This document shows, piece after piece, positions 24,401 to 39,529 of a DNA stretch of 64,000 nucleotides. Within the stretch, counting starts at the first letter, position 1; each line of letters opens with the position of its first letter. A program made the translations under genes and the position numbers. This DNA comes from Eledone cirrhosa (Eukaryota), in assembly GCA_964016885.1 (NCBI GenBank), contig OZ024742.1, positions 139,810,001 through 139,874,000 of the forward strand, given 5' to 3'. Below the pieces are notes generated by a model, which saw nothing but the letters and a program-made list of their open reading frames with translations, searched no databases and had not been told where the DNA came from.

Positions 24401-24619
24401 AACAGCAAGGATGACGGCAAGGGCCATCACCACAATTATCACAAAAAGAAGCAGAAGAAGACAGATTGAAATTTATGAAGATTAAGGAAATCTCAGAGAA
24501 TCAAACATCTTCCGATTGCATGTTGTAATCAAGATAGTATTAAATTAAATACATTTTTAGTATACAACCTGTTATATTTGGCGCGTATTATGCTAGTATA
24601 TATATATATATATATATAT

Positions 24620-24799
24620 ATAGGAACGAGTAGGACCCCGACGGCTGAGCTCAAGCCGTTTCGACGGCTAATTCTGGACGCAGTCGAATTGAGCTCAGCC
24701 GTCGGGGTCCTACTCGTTCCTATTACCCACTCTACTACCCTAAGTATTGAGTACTTTGGTGCGTTATGGTCCATCTGGTTCCTTACCACATTTCCTTCG

Positions 24800-24802
<3 letters not shown>
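24620..24802 (+). mobile_element. (AT)n-embedded element with a 34-bp perfect stem capped by two hairpins
   Basis: TAGGAACGAGTAGGACCCCGACGGCTGAGCTCAA and its exact reverse complement; ears GCCGT-TTCG-ACGGC and TTC-TG-GAC-GCA-GTC-GAA. Confidence 0.85.
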
Positions 24803-24843
<41 letters not shown>

Positions 24844-25048
24844 TATAGACTTTCGACTGGGAAAGGTTATCACAACTGACCAAGGAGATGTGAGGGTGTC
24901 CTTTGACGCTAAAATTCGTTTGTTCGAATTCATATGATTCCAGTTCCTCTGAGAAATAACAACCTAACCAGGAACTGGACATATCGCAGTATTGACGGAG
25001 TTAAGCACCTCAACAACAAGTGTTCCCGTCTCTACCACAACCATTCGG

Positions 25049-25103
25049 ACTGCCTGAAGAGGTCACAGCCAAAGATGGCTGTCACCGAAATATATATAGC
25101 AGT
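25049..25103 (+). ncRNA. Type I hammerhead motif in a ~320-bp (AT)n-flanked insert (24843-25165)
   Basis: Stem I ACTGC/GCAGT, CTGAAGA, stem II GGT-c-ACAGCCA/TGGCTGT-c-ACC, GAAA, palindromic stem III ATATATAT, AUA site. Confidence 0.9.
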
Positions 25104-25164
25104 AATAAACGAACCCAAATTGAATTGTAAATATTTGACTTATTTATTTTATTTCATATACATA

Positions 25165-25256
<92 letters not shown>

Positions 25257-25282
25257 GAATAGAGGTGTAACACACAAGTTAT

Positions 25283-27912
<2,630 letters not shown>

Positions 27913-28345
27913 TATATATACATATATATTAGAAAACGTAAGAGAAACACAAGCATAAAGACAATTCCCGCATACATATATATACGTACAAATATACATA
28001 CATGCATACATACATACTTACATACAAACATACATACATACATACATTCATACATACATACATACATACATACATACATACATACATACATACATACATA
28101 CATACATACGTACGTACATACGTACATACATACATGTGTGTATGTGTAAACACATCTATTAAGAAGCCATTATAATTGCTTTATATCTATCCAGCTAATT
28201 ATATTAAATAAAAAATAACCCGAACCTATATATACATGAAAACACGTGTGAGCTCTGTTTACATTCTCAACACTTCAATATGAAAACTAACGAGTTATTC
28301 TACCCAAGCCACTCATGTTTATATATTTATCATTTATTTTTATAT

Positions 28346-28466
<121 letters not shown>

Positions 28467-28684
28467 TAAACGACAGTTTCTTCCATTTAATAACAATAAT
28501 TGTGTAACCGACTTCATAACATAAAGCTGTTAACCAATTATATATGAAGACGTCTGCTGAACCAGATGGCATGTGTGGAAGACGAAATGTTTAGACCTTC
28601 AGATTCTGACATCAAATTTACAACACCAGATGATAAGGTCGGTGCTAATGGAATGGAATGGACTTCCGTCGATGTCGACGATGA

Positions 28685-29000
28685 GTATTCCAGTTGTTCG
28701 ATCAACGGAACAACCTGTTGATAAAATAAACGTTTAAGTGGCAGAGTATTCCACAGTCACATGTATCGTTAACGTAATTTTCCGGGAGATTCAGTGTGGT
28801 ACAGTGTGGCAAAGCTTGCATTTTGAATTACGTTTACAGACTATCTGACTGATTTCCAAACAGTTTCCGTCTATCCAATTTCATTCACAAGTCCTGAATC
28901 GACTCGAGGCTATGACACTTGGCTATGATGCAATGCACTGGGATCGAACATAGGAACTATCGATTATGAAACGAACTCCTTAACAATTCAGCCAGGCTGT
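28685..29000 (-). mobile_element. Degenerate tRNA-derived SINE (third family)
   Basis: Minus-strand head GGCTGAATTGTTAAGGAG...GTTCGATCCCAGTGC followed by a SINE-like body. Confidence 0.6.
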
Positions 29001-29829
29001 GGTTGTTGTGGTGAAGGCAGTTACCCCAACCTTAATTGATAACACCTATAAACAAATGATTTCCAAATATCTATTCCGCTTTTTATTCAGAAACCCCATA
29101 CTGCTATTAAGACAGTAGGGTGAAATATAAAATACATTATAAGGCTACTATTTCTAGCAGATAGAGTGACCACTAAGAGATTACACTGGTAGCCAGGTGG
29201 TATTTTTAAACCAAAACAATTTGTTAGAACTACGATACAAACAATAGAGATTCAGAGATAGCTCAACCTTTTTCCTTCTCGCAAGGAATTTAGTATGACT
29301 TAACGAAATCTGGAAGAAATATTCTCCCTACAATATAAATGCATACTGTATCTATGGTGATATGTGGGATACGTTGAGGGGAAAACTTCAGGATAGAAAG
29401 CAGCTGGAAGAGAATTAATTGTCTGTAACAGATACAAAATCTGACCTTCTTCTCAGGGGAAACGTATCAATCTTTACCAGAAGGCTCTTAATGAAGTTAT
29501 AAATATACTGTGTTGGCTGGCATTGGCAGAAACAAAACTGATTCCCCAAACTAAATCACTCACGTGGCGAAAAAATACCGACCAATGCCTGAATTTATGT
29601 ATAAAATGCATACACCCTGTCTGATCTTATTCATACCAAATCACTGTGATGTTAGAAATATCCTCACGGCTGGGAAGAAAGGTGTCTGGGGATGTTCTGG
29701 GAAACTTCTAATTAACAAATCTGTGATGTCAGACGCCCATTCTAACTGGATTCAAAGAAAGCATTTAATTTTCTTCTCCACTCATGAATAAAAGAAGGCC
29801 TTTAACTTGCTAAAATTCTAGAGCAGGAG

Positions 29830-30148
29830 AATGTCTCTTTCTGCCATGAATGAACATGCGGTTACCTCTGGGACATTTCACTACAGGGTGCAAGCCTGGG
29901 CAAAGTGTTTTGTGGAAGACAAAGAGTCATCCATGTTGATTTCTTATCTCCATGCCACTGATGTTATCCAAAGGAAAGGAAAAGACCGATATAGCTTGGC
30001 ACCGGTGTTGTCACGATTCATTTTTTCTCAACTGAATGGACTAGAGCAGCATGAAATAAAGTATCTTGCTTAAATACACTACGCAGCCAGGCTAGGAATT
30101 GAACTCACGACTCCCAACTCCCTAACTACTAAGCCATCTCCCTTCACA
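29830..30148 (-). mobile_element. Degenerate SINE (A-related head and core)
   Basis: GAAATAAAGTATCTTGCT...GGAATTGAACTCACGAC...CTAACTACTAAGCCAT on the plus strand. Confidence 0.7.
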
Positions 30149-31809
30149 AAGTTCGAGCGTCTAGAGTTAAAGCTACAGACAGTCTGGCTTTGTCATGCAT
30201 TACTATCCTGAATTTAAATACGCAAGTGGTTGTATTGACTCTGATAGGATAAAGTATGGCAGGATGTATTTCAAAAGGATAGCCTCTCTGAGTCGTTGTT
30301 TATACTTTCAAATGGTCTCTCATAATTTTTGTTGGGGAAATCTAAACAGTATAAAAGTAGTTCACATGAACACAGAAACACCAACCTATCACATTGATTC
30401 TTTGCAGACGATCTGAAAGTATGCGACAAAATAATAATATGAAAAACCTTGATCTGATTTCAACATTCTCAAAGGAAACAGAGATGGAGTATGATCAGAA
30501 GAAATTTTCCTACCCGATTGTAAAACGAGAGAAAACTGCAAGCCAGTCAAGAAACAATTCTATCAATGGCCTGACTATTTCGCCGGCATCTGATAAGAAA
30601 TGTTACAGGTAGCGAGGGAAGGATAAATATATGTCCAAAGATGGGAATTTTAACAAGGGAATATAACTTACTAAAAAATGTTGTCTTCCTCACGAAACAA
30701 ACCAGTGGCCCACAATTGCCCAGTCAGTACTCATACAAATATTTGGATTATTTGATTGGACACTCGATGAGATCCAGGCTATCAATGCTTAAAAATACTG
30801 GATACTAGTGAAAAATATTAGAAATGTTCTCATGTATAATAATATTGACCGCCTTTACATAAATCGATAACAAGGAGGAAGAGGCATAACATCGGTACGA
30901 AGAGCTTTTCAATATCGCATCACATCACTTCAACATTTACTAACAACACAGTGTTAAAGTGGAACAAGTTTGCCTACATAAAGCAAATTGCATTATTGAA
31001 GTTGTTCGTAAAATATTCCCTGACTGATCACTACAGTATTTGCATAGCTTTACAGTCCTAAGCATTTGTATTATCATAGTGCCCCTCATATGTTTTCGTT
31101 TATTTCCTGATGGAGTTGTAGGGGTGCCGTAGCAACATACAGCATTTTGGGGGCATCTTTTAAACCTGGCAGAACCCATCTCCTCTCCAGGTGTGAACAC
31201 TGCAGATTTCTTCCAGAGAAGGATAGAGAATGAAGGAATGGAAGTGAGAAAGAGATAGAGAGGAAGAACCGACCTCAGTACTTGACTGGTACTTTTTTAT
31301 CGACCTCAAATGGATGAAAGTTATCTACGGCGGGATTTGAACTCAGGCGAAATGAACACCGCAAAGCATTCTATACGACCTTCTAACGACCTTTCCGATT
31401 CGTCATGTACCTCTTACCCCATATGTAAAATCTGCAAAAAAATAATTTTGGGGAATGAAATGGTGTCCCTTTTCACTTGATACCCTAAGTATATGCGAAT
31501 TTTCTTAATGGTTAATCCAGCCCAGCCACAGAAAATTAGTGAAAAGGTTTTGTGCTTATCAGCAGGTAGTTATAAAATAGGCATGTTGTTATAAAACTTC
31601 ATTGTGATACTAAAGTGGTAATCGGTAAATTCGCACTCAGTTCCAGGAGTAGGAAATAACAACAAAATACCCGATACACAAAAGTGATAGTGATGAAATT
31701 AAAACACCTAGCTGTAACAATGGATATAGAATATGTAAAGTTAACATCGAACATTATAAACTGATGTCCGAAAATACCATCATGGTGTTGCTTGCCTATG
31801 AAATATGAT

Positions 31810-32022
31810 GGTTTCTGATTTAGGCACAATGCTAGCAATTTTTCGGAGAGGGGAAAGTCGATTAAATCGACCCCAGTGCGTGACTGATACTTTATTTTAT
31901 CGACCCCGTAAGGATGAAAGGCAAAGCTAACCTCGGCGGGATTTGAAATCATAACGTAAAGGGCCGTAACTCTATGTTGCAAAGCATGTTGTCCGACACT
32001 CTACTGATTCTGCCAATCCACG
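31810..32022 (-). mobile_element. SINE family B
   Basis: TTTATCGACCCCGTAAGGATGAAAGGCAAAG...GATTCTGCCAATCCAC. Confidence 0.85.
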
Positions 32023-32521
32023 TATGAAATATAATGTTGCCAAAACACTATGCAAAGCAATCCGTAAAGTGGGTAGTCGTGAATATGAAAATATAAAATT
32101 TTGCAGTGATGTGGAGGGCATACGCATCCTAATAATAAAAAAAACTCTGCTGGAATGTGTCTTTCAAATCTTCTGCAAAATGCAAACTTAACATGATATA
32201 ATAATATGGGAGCGGGAAATGGAAGTTTGCACTATAGTAGAAATCAGTTGTTCATCGGATATCAAGTTAAAGTTAAAAGAAAAAGGAAAATAACTATGCC
32301 GGACAAAAACAAAAACAAAAGCAAGAAAAGAATCTGCAGATGCTACATATGAAATATAATTTTAAATTTATACCTATAATTATTGGAATACTTGGTTATG
32401 TAACTAACTGTTTCAATAGTTTTGATAAACTGGTCTCCAAAAATCCATTGCTAATTTAGAAATGTTCTGCTATTAGTGGATCTATGAAAATATTTCAAAT
32501 ATTCAAGAGGTTTATCTAACC

Positions 32522-32971
32522 CAGGGGTCGTCAACCCCGACCCGCGGGCCACCTCCGGCTCGCGAAGGATTTTTGTCCGGCCCGTCAACAGGTTTCACTC
32601 TTAGGCTAAGCGATATAGAGAAGCTATCCAAAGACAGGCTAAAAATATATCTCATTAAACAATTTACAATTTCTACCTGTATTTTATTTGTAGTAAGGAA
32701 TGACATTAAAGTAATTTCACATAATATTCATTGTTCTTCTTTAGATCCCAGAATTAATGTAGCCTTCTGGACAGAGCACCCCTGGTCGATAGATTTATTA
32801 TATTTTGATATCATGGCCCACCGATGAGACATTGCATAGCTATGTGGCCCACCGACGAGACATTGCATAGCTATGTGGCCCACCGACGAGACATTGCACA
32901 GCTATGTGGCCCGCCGACGAGACACTGCATAACAATGTGGCCCGCACACCCCGAAAGGTTACCTACCCTTG
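32522..32971. mobile_element. hAT (Charlie-like) MITE
   Basis: TIRs CAGGGGTCGTCAACC and GGTTACCTACCCTTG; 8-bp TSD ATCTAACC/ATCTAGCC; four internal ~31-bp repeats at 32815-32943. Confidence 0.85.
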
Positions 32972-33166
32972 ATCTAGCCAGTGGCAGGCATATAAACACA
33001 TGCTGCGTAAGTGTACATAATAATTATCCGTAGCATAATAAGCTATAATAGTGATATTGATAATTAACCCTTGTCAGTTCAAGCACGCTATATATTCAAA
33101 TGATTTTTTTTCCGGCAGATGTTTTATACCCAAAAAGATTATTTTTGTTTCAGCACCGAGTGAATA

Positions 33167-33217
33167 AACGTAACTGATGATGGATTAAAACATCCTGAAA
33201 CTCTGGTGTCTGGCGTT
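33167..33217 (+). ncRNA. Type I hammerhead motif
   Basis: Stem I AACGTAA/TGGCGTT (1 mismatch), CTGATGA, stem II GGAT/ATCC, GAAAC, GUC site; about 55 bp upstream of (AT)n. Confidence 0.7.
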
Positions 33218-33270
33218 CTCACACAGCTACTGAGATAGCTGTGACATAATAATAGTTTAAAACATTCATA

Positions 33271-33329
<59 letters not shown>

Positions 33330-33376
33330 TTAACAGATTAAAGTTTAAGCAAAGAATCGCTGTATATGTATTTGCC

Positions 33377-33426
<50 letters not shown>

Positions 33427-33447
33427 ATGTATGTATATATACAAATA

Positions 33448-34045
33448 TAAATTAGCTAGAATCGTATTTTGACTATTGGAAATTAACGAAAAACAACTTC
33501 CGAGCAAGCGCTCCATAGAAGCTAGTGAACTAGAGCTACAACATATGTTAAAAGGCCAAACACACTGAGACAATGGTTAAACCATAATCCGCACAGCCTT
33601 AGAAACGACCAAGTAATTCGGGTCAAACAAATAAAATATGATTGAAAATTATACCTGGACCCCTGGAAGGTTGGTAAAATCCAGTATTGGGTTTCTGCAA
33701 CTCCTAAATCAAGTACTGTCTGCATAGACAAATAATGTTAAGCTTTTGGTATGATGATCGAACAAGGAAGTCACTTTTTCAACAGGCTTTTAGTTCAGTG
33801 CCAAGCCAAGGACTGACCGTTATCAAAACCCACGTGGGGCTTGACAAGGGGGCAACATTTAGTTTTGGCGGATGAATTCAGTATGTGTGTTATTGCAAAA
33901 TTGTAAAATATCACAAAACGAATTAAGCTCTCAACAGAATGGTTTTAAAATTAACAAGAGCTATTAATCAGTCAATAGAATTAACTAAAAAAATCAAGAA
34001 AATTAACTGGTCAATAGCTAGACTCTGGAGATTAATACAAATATA
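33448..34045 (+). repeat. One ~590-bp unit of an (AT)n-associated dispersed/tandem family
   Basis: Aligns with 15376-15643 and with the reverse complement of 34450-35450. Confidence 0.7.
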
Positions 34046-34449
34046 AATATATATATATTTGAAAAGGGAAGTAAGGTTCTATACAAAACAGTGGTTATAG
34101 AGAAAAGGTGAGATTGGAAATAGCACTGAAAATATATTACCAACACTGCTGCTGCTACTACCACCTCTCTCTATATATACACAAAAGTTCATTTCTACAG
34201 TCTCCTTCTCAACATGGAAGGGAAGATGAACAATCTTATCTCAACACTTAATTTTAAATCTTCAATCTTTAGTTTTTAATCCTGATGAATTCCTTTTAAT
34301 TGTAATACTTAACATTTGATAAGATGAATTTTAATAATATATCGAAACCGGTAATACTTTATTTATTTTATATACATTATATACCTCTTGTTTAAAAGGA
34401 ATTGTCCCTCTCATTTTTTCAATAATGCCATTTTTATGCCAGTTTTATG

Positions 34450-35450
34450 TGTCATTTATTTTGTCTGACACGTTTAGCTCGACTCGTTTTTTTGGCTTAG
34501 GTGGTTAATGGCTTCTTGACCGCCTTCTCAGTTTGTATGGCCTTTATAACCTATGTTTATTGCTCTGGTCTATTTAGCCCATGGAGCGCTTGCCAGCATG
34601 ACTCGGAATTTGCGTTGCGTTTGGCTTTTTCTACCCGCCGAAATGCTATTCTCGCTGAATTTATAGTTATTAATCTCCCGTGTCTTACAATTAACCTGTT
34701 AATAATTCTATTGACTGATTAATTGCATAAGTTTATTTTAAAAACTACCCGGTTGAGAGCTTATTCGATTTGTGCTGTTTATACAATTCTTTGCATGGAT
34801 TTACACATACTGAATTCATTTGCCAAAATCTGCGGTTTTTCCCTTGTGAGTTACACATGTGCTTTTACAAAACATTGTCATCCACAACACTGGCGCAGAA
34901 CAAAATACCCGTTGATAACGTGATATTCCTCGTTCGATCATTGTACCAAAATCTTATTGCTTTAAGCAGAGAGTATTATTGATTTAGGTGGATTGGTAGT
35001 ATTGGTAGAGGGTCGGACGCCATGCTTTCCAGCATAGTTACGTCCCATTACGATCTGAGTTCAAATCCCGCCGAGGTTGACTTTGCCTTTCATCCTTACG
35101 GGGTCGATAAAATAAAGTACCAGTAATGCACTGGGTAATTGCTGGCCTTGTGCCTAAAGTAGAAACAATTATTGATTTAGGTGTCGCAGAAACCCTGTAC
35201 TGGATTATACCATCAATTCCAAGGGTCCGGGTGAATATGTCATTTATTTTATCTGACCCGTTTAGCTTGGCTCGTTTTTTTGGCTTAGGTGGTTAATGGA
35301 CCGCCTTCTCAGTCTGTATGGCCTTTATAATCTATGTTTATTGCTCTGGACTATTTAGCCCATGGAGCGCTTGCCAGCATGACTCGGAATTTGCGTTGCG
35401 TTTGGCTTTTTCTACCCGCCGAAATACGATTCTCGCTGAATTTATAGTTA
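34450..35450 (-). repeat. About 1.4 tandem units of the ~590-bp family, interrupted by SINE B
   Basis: Direct repeat 34450-34668 and 35238-35450; the period is ~590 bp after removing the SINE. Confidence 0.75.
34987..35167 (+). mobile_element. SINE family B
   Basis: Near-full copy; TSD ATTATTGATTTA at 34975-34986 and 35168-35179. Confidence 0.9.
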
Positions 35451-35589
35451 TATATATATTAAACGTGGTTTTAAAATACCAAGGCAATCAGTCGGAAGTT
35501 AACTGAGTGGGATGAGATAGAAAACAAAACCTGGGAACAGGAAAATAAAAGAACAAGAATGACTGAATGTTACCTTTGTAATTTATTAG

Positions 35590-35629
35590 TCCCAATATTT
35601 CGGATTTACCATCCATTATCAAAGGGGGG
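35590..35629 (-). ncRNA. Minimal hammerhead-like motif, U3-A8 core
   Basis: CCT-TTGATAA-T-GGAT/ATCC-GAAA-TA-TT-GGG; stem I is only ~3 bp. Confidence 0.4.
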
Positions 35630-35725
35630 TACGCAGGGGAAAACGTTGAAAAATCAGAGATTTACTTTCCTTCTCATTGTTTATTTTGTTAAATATATAT
35701 ATAGGTGTGCGGTCCTCAGACATCC

Positions 35726-35760
<35 letters not shown>

Positions 35761-35945
35761 GTTAATAATAATTGTTTCTACATTTGGCACAAGGCCAGCA
35801 ATTACCCAGTACATTAGTGGTACAATAATAATACTAATTCAAGGGTAAGAAATTGTCTAGACAAAAGTATCCACATATGCGTGGTTGTACTTTTATAAAA
35901 GTGCAATAAAATAAGAAGATCTGAGTGTTAGAAGATCGATTCTTA

Positions 35946-35989
<44 letters not shown>

Positions 35990-36357
35990 TTTCTCTCTCT
36001 CTAATTTCAAACCTGCTCACTGTTTCAAAACATACTTGTCATTTATACTCGCTAAGAATGTAGCTTCTAATTTGAATGGAAGGAGATGGGTGATGTGTTG
36101 GTCTAATGGTAGCACAGTGGTCTGGATAACCAAAGATGTGTGTTCAACTCCCATGTACGTCAATACTCATCTTTTTCCATTTATCTGAGGGTTCTAAACC
36201 CCATTATCAGGCTAAAATTTCTTTAGTAAAAAATACGGTGAAAGCTATTCTATTTTCTAATTTCAAACCTGCTCACTGTTTCAAAACATACTTACTTGTC
36301 ATATATATATATATGTATATGTATATATGTATATATGTATATATATATATATATATA

Positions 36358-36565
36358 ATATTATAATGAAATGACAGGAGGCTGGACTGGACTAGTGTAA
36401 ATCCTTGAAAGGTTTATTATACTATGATCATTTCACTTATTATATTTCGAATACCTGATGATATCACCGGATTCATACGGAACCCGGTCATTGAAATGAT
36501 CATAGTATAATAAACCTTTCAAGGATTTACACAAGTCCAGCCTCCTGTCATTTCATTATAATATT
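36358..36565 (+). mobile_element. (AT)n-adjacent inverted repeat enclosing a degenerate hammerhead
   Basis: Arms ~36358-36435 and 36492-36565; the loop contains CTGATGA (36455)...GGAACCCGGTC (to 36489). Confidence 0.7.
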
Positions 36566-36699
36566 TAACTCCGTGCTAGCACCACCAACTGCAAAAACAA
36601 AGACGGTTGAACTGCTTTACGTTGAGTACTCTCCATATTATTACATTAAGATTAACCATACGGAATTGACCAGCTCTATCCAGTGGTGAACCTCAAACC

Positions 36700-36747
<48 letters not shown>

Positions 36748-36844
36748 GAAAGAGAGAGGGTGACATACAAACAGATAGACAGATAGATAGACAGATATAT
36801 AGATAGATAGATAAATAGATAGATAAATAGATAGATAGATAGAT

Positions 36845-37245
36845 AGATAGATAGAACGCCAAAGAAACGTCGGATAGCAAGTCAAAGAACATACATAGAT
36901 GGTGGTAAAATTCCAAAATTTCAATATTTCTATACGGCAGTTTCATGAGGGCAAGAGAATTGAATTATTGCGTTGCTGCTCCTAATGAAAATTCTTAAAT
37001 TTGATTTTAGGTTCTACTTGTGACTATCTTTAGCACTTCGGTTAACCTATACATTTGTCAGATAATAGGATTAATAATTTATGTATTAATCAATATATAT
37101 GTATATATATTGATTAATACGTAAATTAGTAATCCTATTATATATACTGCCGTATAGAAATATTGAAATTTTTTAATTTTACCATCTATGTATGTTTTTT
37201 GACTTGCTATCCGATTTTTCTTTGGCAATCTATCTATCTATCTAT
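36845..37245. repeat. Nested inverted repeats
   Basis: Outer arms 36845-36941 and 37146-37245; inner near-palindrome 37062-37140. Confidence 0.8.
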
Positions 37246-37267
37246 ATATCTATCTGTCTCTCTCTCG

Positions 37268-37311
<44 letters not shown>

Positions 37312-37668
37312 AGAAATAGTGGACAGACGTTTTTCGTGAAGGGAGATTTGACAGAGTAGGTGAAATGTCCGTTCTTGTCCGTGGTAACACTTTTTCTCAC
37401 ACGCCTGACTGAGTGATTACTATTACTGTTAGAACAAGAAAGTATACTAACACACACGCGCGCATACGCAGTAAGTTCACACTGCTTGCATTTTTATACG
37501 TACAAATATTTCATGTTATAAATTTTGTCATTCAATATTCAAATTGAATATTGTTATAATAAAATAAACTTTGTAACAACACAATCCTGCTATTATTCTT
37601 TGCATTGAAACCATCATACCAACAATTCATTCTATTCACTTACTCGTTACAACCCAAATATTCACTAC

Positions 37669-37910
37669 ACATCGGAACTCAATTTATTACGTATTACAAT
37701 TGTTTCCCCGGCGAACAGTTCGAGGTGCGATCTGTTTGTGGATCGAACCTGACACTGGATTTCGAAGAAAAATTTGCTTCGAAATCACTAGACATATCTG
37801 AGGAACTTGCGAATTCAGAGTCAGGTTCGATCCACAAACAGATCGCACCTCGAGCTGTTAACGTAATAAATTGAGTTCCGATGCATCACTGATTCTTCGT
37901 TTTCCATTTT
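37669..37910. mobile_element. Inverted rearranged copy of the 19565-19805 hammerhead family
   Basis: IR 37669-37752 and 37820-37884; CTGAGGA at 37798; the minus strand has GAAACAATTGTA (palindromic stem III). Confidence 0.75.
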
Positions 37911-38376
37911 ATATATATATATATTTGTGTGTGTGTAGAAATGGAGAGAGAAATAGATAGATAGATAGATAAGATGATAGATGTTCAGGGACAGATAAAT
38001 TATATTGGGTTTATGAATAGACAAATAGGAAGATGGACAGACGGGCAAACCTGTGAGAGAACAGTCACCCGATACTATCACATTAGTCCTTTGTGCTGTT
38101 ATTTCCTGTTTCAGCTTTCAATTCTATTTAATTCTTGATCTTTTTCTCCTTTAATTTTCTCTTTGTGTCACTCTCCTCTCCTTCCTCATTTTCCTCTCTC
38201 ACTCATTTTCCTTTCTTTCTACTCTATCTTTCTCACACACCCTCAGCATTTCCTACTCCCTCTTCTCCCTTCCTTTTACAGTCATTAAGATATTATTATT
38301 ACCCAGCTCATGTCCTACATCCTACATTCCTGTACCTGCCACCACACACACATACTTAAGTATACACATATGAACA

Positions 38377-38482
<106 letters not shown>

Positions 38483-39529
38483 CACATATGCTTGTGTGTT
38501 CATACGCACGCACAATCAGGCATGCATATACACACGCTCATAAATACTCGCACAAGTTATGGTCAACCTTAATTTCCATATAAAAATTATGGCTGCGGGA
38601 ACTCAGGAAATGTCCTGTACACTAAATGTAATATAATGAGTTGAAAAAATTTGATTAACTGGGTTTATCCATGTGATTAATGCACAAACAGTTCCTGTTG
38701 CGATGTTCAAAGAATAAAGACATCAAACATTAGAGATAACTCTAATAAGATCAGCTAATATACACAACACAGAAAGAGTGGATCTTGTCTTTAAAGTCAA
38801 TGTATGAAGGTCTCCGACGTATTTCAATCTTATCAGAGCTCCTCAGACAAGCATATTCTCTTTAGTTCGTAAGACTTAGAAGTGCTTATCTGATGCTCGT
38901 CTCTTCTCACAAACAAACTGTCTCGAATCAAGCGAATCCACCAAAGCTTGGGTATATTGACAACGCGCGGGATCCCATTTGCTCATGATAGTAAGAGACG
39001 GATAGCGACGACAGTGGGAGTTCGGCTCCTCTGTGTTCGGACCTGGTGTACGCGTGTGTGTGTATGTATGTTTACTTCTATTCATTCTATAAATAATTAG
39101 TTTGACTGCTTAAAATACTACCTAAGAAAATGCTAGGTCTCTTTGGAGGAAGAGTGAAGTTTTGCAAAATATAGAGGAAATTGGAGAGAAAGAAAGAAAG
39201 TGGTGAGCTGAGATGAAGTATTATCTTGAACACACGCGTACCCTACTTTTCAGATAGTGCAGAGTAAATTGACGGAGATTTGGCTGCCTATTCTAGCAGA
39301 TTGAACAACTTCATAGGGGATCCATTTTTAGTAAATGCTGTTGATTTGGGAAAAAATACTTTTGGTGTATATCATAGTTTGTTTCGGACAGAATCATCAC
39401 TTTCCTCAATTTCTGTTGCTGTTCGCACGTGGCAGAAACACTGTTTCTTTGAGATGAAGTTATATCGGTTGCAGGGCCGGACATACACCTGTTGAGACCC
39501 TAAGAAATAGGACATTTATATTAACGTTA

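Larger units (their letters stand above)
29240..32510 (+). mobile_element. Highly decayed R4/Dong-like non-LTR retrotransposon (RT and restriction-like endonuclease), interrupted by SINEs
   Basis: Fragments GCSGKLLINKSV (29690), FQKDSLS (30267), FADDLK (30401), IDRLYINR.QGGRG (30845), WNVSFKSSAKCK...CTIVEISCSSDI (32150-32262) and FKFIPIIIG (32360). Confidence 0.75.

Noticed and set aside
28540-28600. ATGAAGA-C-GTCT...AGAC-GAAATGTT
   Set aside because: C3 is missing and there is no stem I; chance or a heavily decayed copy.
30949-31202. Possible MITE with CAGTGTT/AACACTG ends
   Set aside because: The TIR is only 7 bp and no TSD is present.
36180-36255. CTGAGGG...GGTGAAAGCTA motif (repeated at 48230-48300, minus strand)
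   Set aside because: The repeat is real, but the core and stem II do not line up as a hammerhead.
38805-38852. Minus-strand CTGAGGA...GAAATACGTC
   Set aside because: Stem II is weak and there is no stem I.
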